Shown one piece after another: positions 8,638 to 16,923 of a DNA stretch of 29,421 nt. Made by a program: the position numbers and the translations under genes. Position 1 is the stretch's first letter. Each line of letters opens with the position of its first letter. The notes beneath the pieces were generated by a model. The model did not search any database, had not been told where the DNA came from, and saw only the letters and a program-made list of their open reading frames with translations. The stretch covers positions 1 through 29,421 of the forward strand of contig JBAYPN010000009.1 in NCBI GenBank assembly GCA_041677685.1, in the 5' to 3' direction. The DNA is from an archaeon. GTDB lineage: Archaea; Iainarchaeota; Iainarchaeia; Iainarchaeales; CSSED10-239.

Positions 8638-8653
8638 CTGGAGGTTTTTAATT

Positions 8654-9262
8654 ATGATAGAATCTGATAAGGAGAGACAAGCTCCTAAAAATCTTGATGA
8701 AACAGAATTAACTCATCTTGTAAGATACAAGTTTGCACTTGATTTTATTTCTGATGATGATGTTGTTTTAGATGCACCTTGTGGGAGTGGGTATGGAACA
8801 AATCTTTTAACTAAAAAATCAAAAAAAGTTTATGGGGTTGATATTTTTCAACCAGCAATTGATCATGCTAATGAACTGTTTTTAAATGATTATAATTGTT
8901 TTTTTGCTTGTGATGTCTTAGACATGTCTATGTTTGTAGATTATAATTTTAGTGTGGTTGTTTCTTTTGAAGGTATTGAGCATGTTAGAGACCCTGATAA
9001 ATTTTTATTAGAAATAAAGAGAATTTTAACACCTGATGGTATGTTAATTATTTCAACTCCTAAAAAACCACATGGTTCTCCTTTTCACATAGTTGAGTTT
9101 ACATTAGATGAATTTAAAAAAATATTATCTAAATATTTTGTAATTGAAAAAATGTATGGTCAGATTTACACAGATATTTTTGATTTGGAAAAAAAGAAAG
9201 TAAATTTAGATGACTACAAACATTTTAATTTTATTGCAGTTTGTAGAAATGGAGAAATTTAA
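8654..9262 (+). CDS. Class I SAM-dependent methyltransferase
   Basis: VLDAPCGSGYGTNLL (motif I), VYGVDI, VVVSFEGIEHV, ILTPDGMLIISTP. I prefer the ATG at 8654 because ggaggt lies 8 nt upstream. The track start at 8618 would overlap the previous gene. Confidence 0.8.
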   Translation: MIESDKERQAPKNLDETELTHLVRYKFALDFISDDDVVLDAPCGSGYGTNLLTKKSKKVYGVDIFQPAIDHANELFLNDYNCFFACDVLDMSMFVDYNFSVVVSFEGIEHVRDPDKFLLEIKRILTPDGMLIISTPKKPHGSPFHIVEFTLDEFKKILSKYFVIEKMYGQIYTDIFDLEKKKVNLDDYKHFNFIAVCRNGEI

Positions 9263-9323
9263 TTTTTTTTGTTTTTAATAAAAGGTTTTTAAAAAGAAAA
9301 AAATTGAAAGATATGGAAAAAAA

Positions 9324-9986
9324 CTATTCCATATTTTTGTAACATAACCACCAATCATAGCATGAATCCTTATATTCTTCCTTTCTCTTTTTTGCTGTTT
9401 CTACATCTTTTGCAGGAGGAATTATTACTTTGTTTTTAAATAACAGATTGTTTGGCCAATTTTCAGGCATTGCAACTTTATGTTTGTCTGAGTATTGTAG
9501 TGCTTTTAAAGATCTAATGATTTCATCTACACTTCTTCCTATCTCTTGTGGGTAATACATGATAAGTCTTATAATACCTCTTGGATCAATGATAAAAACA
9601 GCTCTTACAGTGTTTGTGCCAGTGTTTGGATGCAGCATACCTAGCTTGTTTGCAACTTTACCATGGTCAGCAATTATTGGAAAATTAATTTCTTGATCTA
9701 AATTATCTTCAATCCATTCTGCCCATTTTATATGTGAAAAAACTTGATCCATTGATAGACCAATTAATTCTGTGTTTATTTCATCAAATTCTTTTTTTCT
9801 TTTTGCAAAAGAATAGAACTCTGTGGTGCATACTGGTGTGAAGTCTCCAGGATGACTAAATAAAACTAACCATTTATCTTTGTAATCATTTGGTAAACTC
9901 TTTGTTCCAAAAGTTGTTTGAACCTCAATTTCAGGAAACTTGTCTCCAATTAAGGGAAATTTGTTTTCATTTTCTTTTTCATTCAT
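9324..9986 (-). CDS. Peroxiredoxin, Prx6-subfamily archaeal type
   Basis: Peroxidatic Cys context [15 protein letters not shown]. The C-terminal [11 protein letters not shown] matches the CxDWWFC tail of archaeal Prx (Aeropyrum/Pyrococcus type). I take the ATG at 9986, preceded by GGTGA. The track start at 9995 is a GTG inside that SD. Confidence 0.92.
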   Translation of the reverse strand: MNEKENENKFPLIGDKFPEIEVQTTFGTKSLPNDYKDKWLVLFSHPGDFTPVCTTEFYSFAKRKKEFDEINTELIGLSMDQVFSHIKWAEWIEDNLDQEINFPIIADHGKVANKLGMLHPNTGTNTVRAVFIIDPRGIIRLIMYYPQEIGRSVDEIIRSLKALQYSDKHKVAMPENWPNNLLFKNKVIIPPAKDVETAKKRKEEYKDSCYDWWLCYKNME

Positions 9987-10100
9987 AATTATCACCTTTT
10001 TTAATCATAAATATATTATATATCAAACAATTTAAAAATACTTGTATGTTTGTTCAATTGTGGTTGATTTAAACAAACCATATTATTTATAAATTTATTT

Positions 10101-12179
10101 ATGTATATTAGAATTATGTTTTGGTTGCATAAGGTTGTGCTAAGGTTATTTATTTTAATATTTTTTATGTTTTGTTTAGTTCCTATATTGTATTCTTTGG
10201 ATTTTAATATTTCTAGTTTAGGTAATAACTTAGGTTTAGATTATGTAAACATTGATACTAACCAGGCAATTTTTAGAATTGATATTGATAGTGATTTTTA
10301 TCCATTTGATTTAAATTTAATTTCTTTAGATATTAATTCTTTTAATTTCTATGAAGACTTTTTACTTTTTAAGGACACAAATGTTAATGGTTTATTTGAT
10401 TCTAATGATTCTGTTTTAGATGTTAATTTAGTTTATTCTAACTTTTCAAATAATAATTATGATTTAAATATTATTTGCGATTTAGAAATTGATTCTAATC
10501 TTTCTTTTTTTGTGGTTGTTAATTTAAATTCAGGGGTTGGAAGTATAATTGATTTTAATGTTGTTGATGTTATTTCTTCTGTAGATGGAAATATTAATTA
10601 TTTAGATGATAGAGAATTTTTGATTGTGCCTAAACACATAGTTAATAGAGGAAATGTTTTTTATAATTCAGTGTTTTTAGATTATTATTCTTTTTCTGAT
10701 ATTAATGGAGATTATGTTTCTGATATTTATTCTTTAAATTCTGTTTTAGATTTTGATATTTTTAGTTTGTATATTGATGGGAATGATTATAGGGATTATA
10801 ATTTTGGTATTAGTGTTGGGGATTATAATAGAGAAGATCTTGGTCATTTATATTTTGATTTGGGGGAAGGTGTAATAAACATTTCAAATAATAATAATTT
10901 TAATATAGACTTTAATATTTTTAATTTTAATATAATTGATGATTATTATTATCTTGTGGATGGTAATAGTTTGTATATTTTTGATTATAATGTTGAGGTT
11001 TTTAATTACAATCTAATATCTTCTATAGATACAAATGATGTAATATATGCAGTAGACACTTATGATTATAATTTTCATTCATATTTATTTTTAGCAAATA
11101 ATAGTAATGGGATTGTGATATATGATATAACTGATGAGAATATTTTAGATGTTAATAATAATTATGTTGGAAATGTTGTTTATCCTGATTTTAATACCAC
11201 TTATTTAGAATCATTTAAGACACCTAGTGATTTGGACTATATGATAGTGTCTGTTTTAGGCTCTAAATTAGGTGGTCCTCTTTTTTATAAAATTGATGAT
11301 TTAATTGAATTGAATGGAGCTATTAACTCAAACCAGAAAAAATTTAGTAATTTAAGAAAGAATTTAATAGACACTTACTTTAATGACCTTGACAGAAACA
11401 CACTATCTGTAAGTTTTAAAAATAAAGAACAACATTTTAAAGTTGAATATGCTTATAACTTAGATGAACTCTATTTTACAGGAAATAGTGCTGATAAAGA
11501 AAAGTCCTACTCTTCCTTATTTAGATTAAATAATAGAATGTTTGCAATTAACTTTGATAGAAACCAAATTGACAGTTTTAATTATGATGATTTTTATGAT
11601 GTGACTTCTCCACTCCCAATCTCATCATATACACCTTCTCAAAGTATCTTTGCAATTACACCTTATAATGACACAAATAGAATGTTTGTTTTACTTGAAA
11701 ATAAAATAGAAGTTTTAGAGTATAATTTTTTAGATGATAATTTTTACTTAGATTATACCTTTGAAAACATTAATACTGATGTTTCAAATGTTTACCAAAA
11801 AATGAAATTTATAAACTACACATTATTTGTTGGACAAGCAAATAGCTTTTCATCATTTGATCTCAGATTTGATGATCTTAATTTCATCTCTTACTATTAT
11901 ATCCCACCCATAAAAACCTCTAATCTATTTTTATCAGAACATAATATTGATTACGAACTTTACAATAACATAAATTTTGATGGAAACATTAATCTTTATT
12001 TTAAACTATACGATTATAATATAGAAATAAACAACTCAACCTTTACACCCTACCCCTCAAACATCTACTTTAAAGATTCAGAAAATTCTTATACAATTAT
12101 TGATGATCTTTTACTTGCCCAACAATTTGCTATAGAACTACAAATAGAATCTATGATTGTCAATATACCTTTAATATAA
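10101..12179 (+). CDS. Large N/D/Y/F-rich secreted surface protein (N-terminal part of a probable split gene)
   Basis: 692 aa with an N-terminal hydrophobic signal/anchor (LFILIFFMFCLVPILYS) and many N-x-S/T sequons. It has no C-terminal anchor. Confidence 0.7.
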   Translation: MYIRIMFWLHKVVLRLFILIFFMFCLVPILYSLDFNISSLGNNLGLDYVNIDTNQAIFRIDIDSDFYPFDLNLISLDINSFNFYEDFLLFKDTNVNGLFDSNDSVLDVNLVYSNFSNNNYDLNIICDLEIDSNLSFFVVVNLNSGVGSIIDFNVVDVISSVDGNINYLDDREFLIVPKHIVNRGNVFYNSVFLDYYSFSDINGDYVSDIYSLNSVLDFDIFSLYIDGNDYRDYNFGISVGDYNREDLGHLYFDLGEGVINISNNNNFNIDFNIFNFNIIDDYYYLVDGNSLYIFDYNVEVFNYNLISSIDTNDVIYAVDTYDYNFHSYLFLANNSNGIVIYDITDENILDVNNNYVGNVVYPDFNTTYLESFKTPSDLDYMIVSVLGSKLGGPLFYKIDDLIELNGAINSNQKKFSNLRKNLIDTYFNDLDRNTLSVSFKNKEQHFKVEYAYNLDELYFTGNSADKEKSYSSLFRLNNRMFAINFDRNQIDSFNYDDFYDVTSPLPISSYTPSQSIFAITPYNDTNRMFVLLENKIEVLEYNFLDDNFYLDYTFENINTDVSNVYQKMKFINYTLFVGQANSFSSFDLRFDDLNFISYYYIPPIKTSNLFLSEHNIDYELYNNINFDGNINLYFKLYDYNIEINNSTFTPYPSNIYFKDSENSYTIIDDLLLAQQFAIELQIESMIVNIPLI

Positions 12180-12205
12180 AAAACATTAACAACAATCAAA
12201 ATATA

Positions 12206-13285
12206 GTGTATAGTAATAACTACGACATTTATCTAGATATTCCAAGCATCAACTACTCTATAAGCACTCCCTTTAAATTTAATTTAATAAATTTGTCTTC
12301 AGGAAATAATGGTGGTGGGTCAAGTGGAACTAATAGTAGTCAAGGTGGTGGTAGTGAATCATCTTCTCCAACTCCTTCTCCAGAAACTCAAGAAGATTTA
12401 AGAAATAAAAAGATATCAAATTTACAACTTTTAGAAAAAGAATATAATTCTCTAAAAGAACAATTTGAAAATTATCTTTTAAATCTCCCAACAATTAATT
12501 TCGATATAAATAAAGATTTACCACTAACCCAATTTAATACAGAATATGATATAATAATTTCCAATTATGAAAAATTACCTAAAATTAATATTAAGGATAG
12601 AAAAGAAATAACAATTCCATTACCTCTATCTTTATTAGATTTTAATATCTTAGATTACAATTACAAAATTACTTCAAAAAGATTATTTAAATTTTACACA
12701 GAAATAGATTATATTGATTCTAATAATATAAAAAATAAATATTTATTTTTTGAAATTATAATTGATGAAAATGAAGTGATTGATAAAAACACTCAAGTAA
12801 TTTTAGATTATATTTATGACTTAAATATTCTAAAATCTAAACCATCTGTAGCTTCTTTTAATAACTCTTTTATTAAGTTTACAAATGATGTTAATTATTT
12901 AGTTGATTTAAATAGTTTGAAAGATTCTTTCTATCTTCCAATATCTTTTTCTAAAGAAATTAATAAAGATAATTTAGATGATTATAATGTAGATATTTTT
13001 AATTCTAATAATACTTATTCTAAAACACAAGGTAGATATAATATAATTAAATATTTAAAATATATATTATTTACTATACTTATCCTTCTTATAATCTATT
13101 TTTTATTTTTCTTTAAAAAAGGATTTGTAATTAAAAAAATAAAGCAATATTTTATAAGAAATAAAGACTTTAGATTTATGTTTAAAAAGAAAATAAAATT
13201 ACAAAAACCTAAGATATTTAATAAAAAAATAAACCCTGATTTGAAAAATAAATTAGAGTCAAAAAAAAGAGAAATTATAAAATAG
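12206..13285 (+). CDS. Surface-protein C-terminal part: S/G/P linker, coiled-coil, C-terminal TM anchor and Lys-rich tail
   Basis: The frame is open from 12107. There is no in-frame ATG until about 30 codons from the end. The only candidate start is GTG 12206, which has no SD. No signal peptide. It contains SSGNNGGGSSGTNSSQGGGSESSSPTPSPE, the TM YILFTILILLIIYFLFFF, and then a K-rich tail. It is probably a continuation of 10101-12179. Confidence 0.5.
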   Translation: MYSNNYDIYLDIPSINYSISTPFKFNLINLSSGNNGGGSSGTNSSQGGGSESSSPTPSPETQEDLRNKKISNLQLLEKEYNSLKEQFENYLLNLPTINFDINKDLPLTQFNTEYDIIISNYEKLPKINIKDRKEITIPLPLSLLDFNILDYNYKITSKRLFKFYTEIDYIDSNNIKNKYLFFEIIIDENEVIDKNTQVILDYIYDLNILKSKPSVASFNNSFIKFTNDVNYLVDLNSLKDSFYLPISFSKEINKDNLDDYNVDIFNSNNTYSKTQGRYNIIKYLKYILFTILILLIIYFLFFFKKGFVIKKIKQYFIRNKDFRFMFKKKIKLQKPKIFNKKINPDLKNKLESKKREIIK

Positions 13286-13399
13286 GTGTGCTAATATCTT
13301 GTGAAAAAAATAAAACTAAGTTGTTTAAAAAAAGATAAAGCTGTTAAAAAAAAGATAAAATTAAAATAAAGGAAAAGATGAAAAAGAAAAAAAGTTTTT

Positions 13400-13894
13400 T
13401 TAAGCAATAATCATTGGTTTTGGTTCCTTTTTTGCTGTTTCCTCTATAATTTTTTCTTTAACCAAATTTCTTGTAACATTTCTATCTTTTTCATTTATTC
13501 CAAAACTAAGGTCTTTTATAATCTTAAATCTAATTGTAACTTCTTTGTCTGCAAAGCCTTTAAGTAAAACTCCACTAATAACATGAATAGCATCTTTCTC
13601 TAAAGAAACATTTATGTCTCCAAAGTAGTCATTCTTCATCTTATTAAACTCACCAGAAACTTGTTTAATCTTTAAACTTTGATCAATTAGCCTTTGTCTA
13701 AGAGTTCCAGCTTTTGATACAGCCATTCTTGTGTTTTTAAGTCTTCCCTCTGCTGACAACAATACTGCCTTTTTAATATTTTGCTCTTTAAATGCTTGTT
13801 CTATGCTAGAGATTACTTCATCTTCATCATCTAATATTATAGTTAAGTAACTATCATTTTTACCTCTAATTTCGTGCATTCCACTTTGAATCAT
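13400..13894 (-). CDS. PPC (DUF296/PCC)-domain-like protein
   Basis: The layout matches the PPC domain: LTIILDDEDEVISSIEQAFKEQNIKKAVLLSAEGRL...VSGEF...GDINVSL...VISGVLLKG...VTIRFKI. Assigned by pattern only. Confidence 0.45.
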   Translation of the reverse strand: MIQSGMHEIRGKNDSYLTIILDDEDEVISSIEQAFKEQNIKKAVLLSAEGRLKNTRMAVSKAGTLRQRLIDQSLKIKQVSGEFNKMKNDYFGDINVSLEKDAIHVISGVLLKGFADKEVTIRFKIIKDLSFGINEKDRNVTRNLVKEKIIEETAKKEPKPMIIA

Positions 13895-13975
13895 ATATAT
13901 CTACTTTCCTTTTTCATTTTTAGATAAAAATATTCTTTAAACAATATCTATATATAGTATAGAAAACTATTTAAA

Positions 13976-14896
13976 TCATTTTAAAATATGTTTTAGGTTC
14001 TTTTTCTCAATAGTCCTCTTAATTATTTCCTCAACAATCTTAATTGTAGAAATAATCTTAATTTTGTCCATTTTTTGAAACTGATGAGAAACCACATAAA
14101 TTTGTTTAATTACTGACTTTTCAATAACACTAATTGCTTTTTTATCTACAATTCCATGTGTTGAGAGAACATAAATATCTTTTGCTCCTTTCAAAGTTAA
14201 ATAATTTGCATATTCTGAGAGATTAACTCCAGTATTAATTGTGTCAACTATAATTAAAATCTCCTTACCATTAATATTTTCTGAAATTTTAAAAATAACC
14301 TTATTATTTTTATCTTCTTTTGTTGGAAAGATTGTATCTACATTTATCTTATTAGCAACATCTCTTGAAACTTCTTGTAATTCGTGATCAATTGTAGAAA
14401 CAATTAAATTCTTTTTCCCTTGAAAATTATCTTCAATTACTTTAGAATAAAGATTTGTAAGCGGGATATTATATAATGGGATTTTTAAATAAAAACTAAT
14501 CTTTGGAGAATAAAGTCCAAAAGTGTAAATCTTATCTACACTTGTTTCTTCTAAAAGCCTTGCAAACAAACTAAAATTTAATTTATATTCTGTTCTGTAT
14601 TTACTTTTTGTGTAAGGTAAGTAAGAAGTTATTAAATAAATTTTCTCAGCTCCTTCCTTTTTAATTGCATCTGCTAAAAATAATAATTGCATAATTGATT
14701 CATTAACAGGGTGAGTAATATTGTATAATAAAAAAACCTTCTTATAGTTAATATAGCTCTGTACATCTACACTAGTCTCACTACCTTGAACACTTTTAAC
14801 ATTTATGTCCCCTAAAGTGATCCCTAATCTATTTGAAATAGTAATTGCCATTGGTCTTTCTTTGTTCCCAGCTAAAATTATATATTCATCATCCAT
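13976..14896 (-). CDS. Ribose-phosphate pyrophosphokinase (PRPP synthetase)-like protein, divergent motifs
   Basis: Colinear with Prs: IILAGNKERPMAITISNRLG, VNESIMQLLFLADAIKKEGAEKIYLITSYLPY, and IIVDTINTGVNL...GAKDIYVLSTHG. Canonical RQDR, DxH and DDxxxTGGT are not conserved. SD gagga; TGA stop. Confidence 0.6.
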   Translation of the reverse strand: MDDEYIILAGNKERPMAITISNRLGITLGDINVKSVQGSETSVDVQSYINYKKVFLLYNITHPVNESIMQLLFLADAIKKEGAEKIYLITSYLPYTKSKYRTEYKLNFSLFARLLEETSVDKIYTFGLYSPKISFYLKIPLYNIPLTNLYSKVIEDNFQGKKNLIVSTIDHELQEVSRDVANKINVDTIFPTKEDKNNKVIFKISENINGKEILIIVDTINTGVNLSEYANYLTLKGAKDIYVLSTHGIVDKKAISVIEKSVIKQIYVVSHQFQKMDKIKIISTIKIVEEIIKRTIEKKNLKHILK

Positions 14897-15035
14897 CTTT
14901 AATTTCCTCTTACTATTATAATATGTTGTACATAAATGTTTTTAAAATCAATTATTCCTATAAAGTCTAACATTATCTTTATAAACTTTTGTTTATTATA
15001 TATAATTGTTTAAAATTATAAAAATTAAATAAGAT

Positions 15036-16775
15036 ATGTACCTAAAATTAAAAAAAGAAGTTAAAGAGACACCTAAAGATTTCTTTCTAAATTGTCCATA
15101 TTCTTTTCAACCTAAAGATATTAATACTGTTTTTTCTTGTATAAATTGTAAAGACCCACCTTGCTTAAAGGTATGTAAACAAAAGGCAATTTATTTTTCA
15201 ACAAATAATATTGTTTCAATTGATCTATACTTATGTAATGGTTGTGGAGATTGTCTAAAGGCTTGCCCTCATCTTGCAATAATTATTAGAAACAAAAAAG
15301 CATACAAATGTGATCTTTGTTCAAATAGTTCCTTTTCAATGTTTTGTTATAAAAATAATCCTAAATATTTAGAGCTGGTTGAATCAATTGATGATTCTAC
15401 AAAAAAAGAGATTATTAATAAATATCTTGGGTATATGATCTTAAATGATTATAAGACTATAAAAAACTATAATAAAGAAATAATTCAAGACTTACAAAAT
15501 AAAAAAAGATATATTATTCCAAGCCCAAATTTAAGTTTAGATGAAGTATACCTAGTAAATTCAATTTTAGATAATTATAAGGTAAGAGAAGAGAAAGTAA
15601 AGTTAGAGGAAACATTAAAAATAAAAGATGAAATTGAAGAAGAATTGATTAACTTTTGTTATAAGAACAACTTAGAATTAGATCAAGAGCAATATGATTA
15701 TATTTTAGATGCAACCTATAATAATTTACATTTTTTTGGACCTTTAACCTATTTATTAAATGATAAAAATTTAGAGGAAATTGCAATAATTGGAATCAAC
15801 AAGGCAGTTTATGTTTATCATAGAAATTTTGGGTGGTTAGAAACTAATTTAATGTATATTTCTGAATCTATCTTAAAGGAGTTGGTTAACAAACTAGCTT
15901 GGTCTTCAAACAAATACATAACTTTAAAAAATCCAATTTTAGATACTTATTTAGAAGACAATTCAAGAGTTAATGCGATTATAAATCCAATAACAGAAAG
16001 TTGTTCAGTAACTATTAGAAAATTCTCACAAAAGCCATTTACAATCCATGATCTAGTTAAGTTTAATACAATTTCAAAAGAAGCACTTTCTTTTTTAAGT
16101 CTTGTATTTTTAACAGACTCAAATGTTTTTGTTGTGGGAAATACTGGTAGTGGAAAGACAACAACTTTAAATGTCTTTTTATCATTTGTTCCTGATTTTG
16201 AGAGGTTTGTTGTTGTTGAGGATGTTAGAGAAATTAGATTAAATCATAAGCATAAGATCTTTACCTTGGTTAATCAAGAACTTGGAATTACTCTCGATTC
16301 TTTGGTAATTAATACTTTGAGGATGAGGCCTGACAGAGTTGTTATTGGAGAAGTTAGATCTAAGGAGGATTCTAAATCTTTAATAGAGTCTATGCTTTGT
16401 GGGCAAGCAAAAGGAACTTATTCAACATTTCATGCTCAGTCAGTTAATGATTCTTTATTAAGATTAAAATCATATGGTATCTTAGAATCTGACCTAGGGG
16501 TTGTTGATATCATTATCTGTCAAAGAAGATACAATAGTTATAGAAAAGACACAATTACTGATTTAAGGACAATTTTTGAAATTAGTGAAGTTATTTTTGA
16601 AAAAAATAAATTAAGACTTAATGTACTTTATGAGTATGATATTAACAAAGAGAAGTTGGTTAAGAAAAATGAATCTATAAAAATATTTAATAAATTAAAG
16701 TTGTCTTTTGGAATTAAAAGTCTAGTTGATTTAAGAAAGTTAATTAAGAATAAAGAAAAGGAACTTTTTAAGTAA
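15036..16775 (+). CDS. Type II/IV secretion-family (FlaI/PilB/VirB11/TadA-like) ATPase with an N-terminal 4Fe-4S ferredoxin-type (DmsB-like) domain
   Basis: N-terminal Cys motifs: CINCKDPPCLKVC (CX2CX4CX3C), CNGCGDCLKACP (CX2CX2CX3CP), KCDLC and a later Cys. C-terminal motifs: LEEIAIIG...SRVNAI...VTIRKF, Walker A GNTGSGKTTTLN, Asp box VVVEDVREI, Walker B RPDRVVIGEVR, His box YSTFHAQS. Confidence 0.85.
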   Translation: MYLKLKKEVKETPKDFFLNCPYSFQPKDINTVFSCINCKDPPCLKVCKQKAIYFSTNNIVSIDLYLCNGCGDCLKACPHLAIIIRNKKAYKCDLCSNSSFSMFCYKNNPKYLELVESIDDSTKKEIINKYLGYMILNDYKTIKNYNKEIIQDLQNKKRYIIPSPNLSLDEVYLVNSILDNYKVREEKVKLEETLKIKDEIEEELINFCYKNNLELDQEQYDYILDATYNNLHFFGPLTYLLNDKNLEEIAIIGINKAVYVYHRNFGWLETNLMYISESILKELVNKLAWSSNKYITLKNPILDTYLEDNSRVNAIINPITESCSVTIRKFSQKPFTIHDLVKFNTISKEALSFLSLVFLTDSNVFVVGNTGSGKTTTLNVFLSFVPDFERFVVVEDVREIRLNHKHKIFTLVNQELGITLDSLVINTLRMRPDRVVIGEVRSKEDSKSLIESMLCGQAKGTYSTFHAQSVNDSLLRLKSYGILESDLGVVDIIICQRRYNSYRKDTITDLRTIFEISEVIFEKNKLRLNVLYEYDINKEKLVKKNESIKIFNKLKLSFGIKSLVDLRKLIKNKEKELFK

Positions 16776-16822
16776 TTTATATTTTTTTTGATTAAAAGTA
16801 AAGTTTATTAATATATTCTCCC

Positions 16823-16908
16823 TAATTTAAAATAGTAATATCTTAATTTAAAAATAGTAATATCTTAATTTAAAAATAGTAATATTTTAATTTAAAATAG
16901 TAGTATAT
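16823..16908. repeat. Four tandem 21-22 bp units taatttaaaa(a)tagtaatatct, each carrying a TATA-like box
   Basis: Units lie at 16823-16843, 16844-16865, 16866-16887 and 16888-16908. The last unit is degenerate. The array ends 15 nt before the ATG at 16924. Confidence 0.9.
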
Positions 16909-16923
16909 AATAGTTTGATATTT

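Noticed and set aside
8618-8653. Longer N-terminal extensions given in the ORF track (8618, 9995, 16915, 18673, 22914, 25207)
   Set aside because: Except for 8618, which is an ATG with no SD that overlaps the previous gene, these begin at GTG/TTG codons, some inside the SD itself. In each case an in-frame ATG with a properly spaced GGTGA/GGAGG lies a few codons downstream and gives the family-typical N-terminus.
10048-10078. 7-bp inverted repeat gtttgtt(N17)aacaaac between the divergent peroxiredoxin and surface-protein genes, considered as a possible operator
   Set aside because: It is short and AT-rich, so it is expected by chance in this composition. There is no second copy elsewhere in the window.
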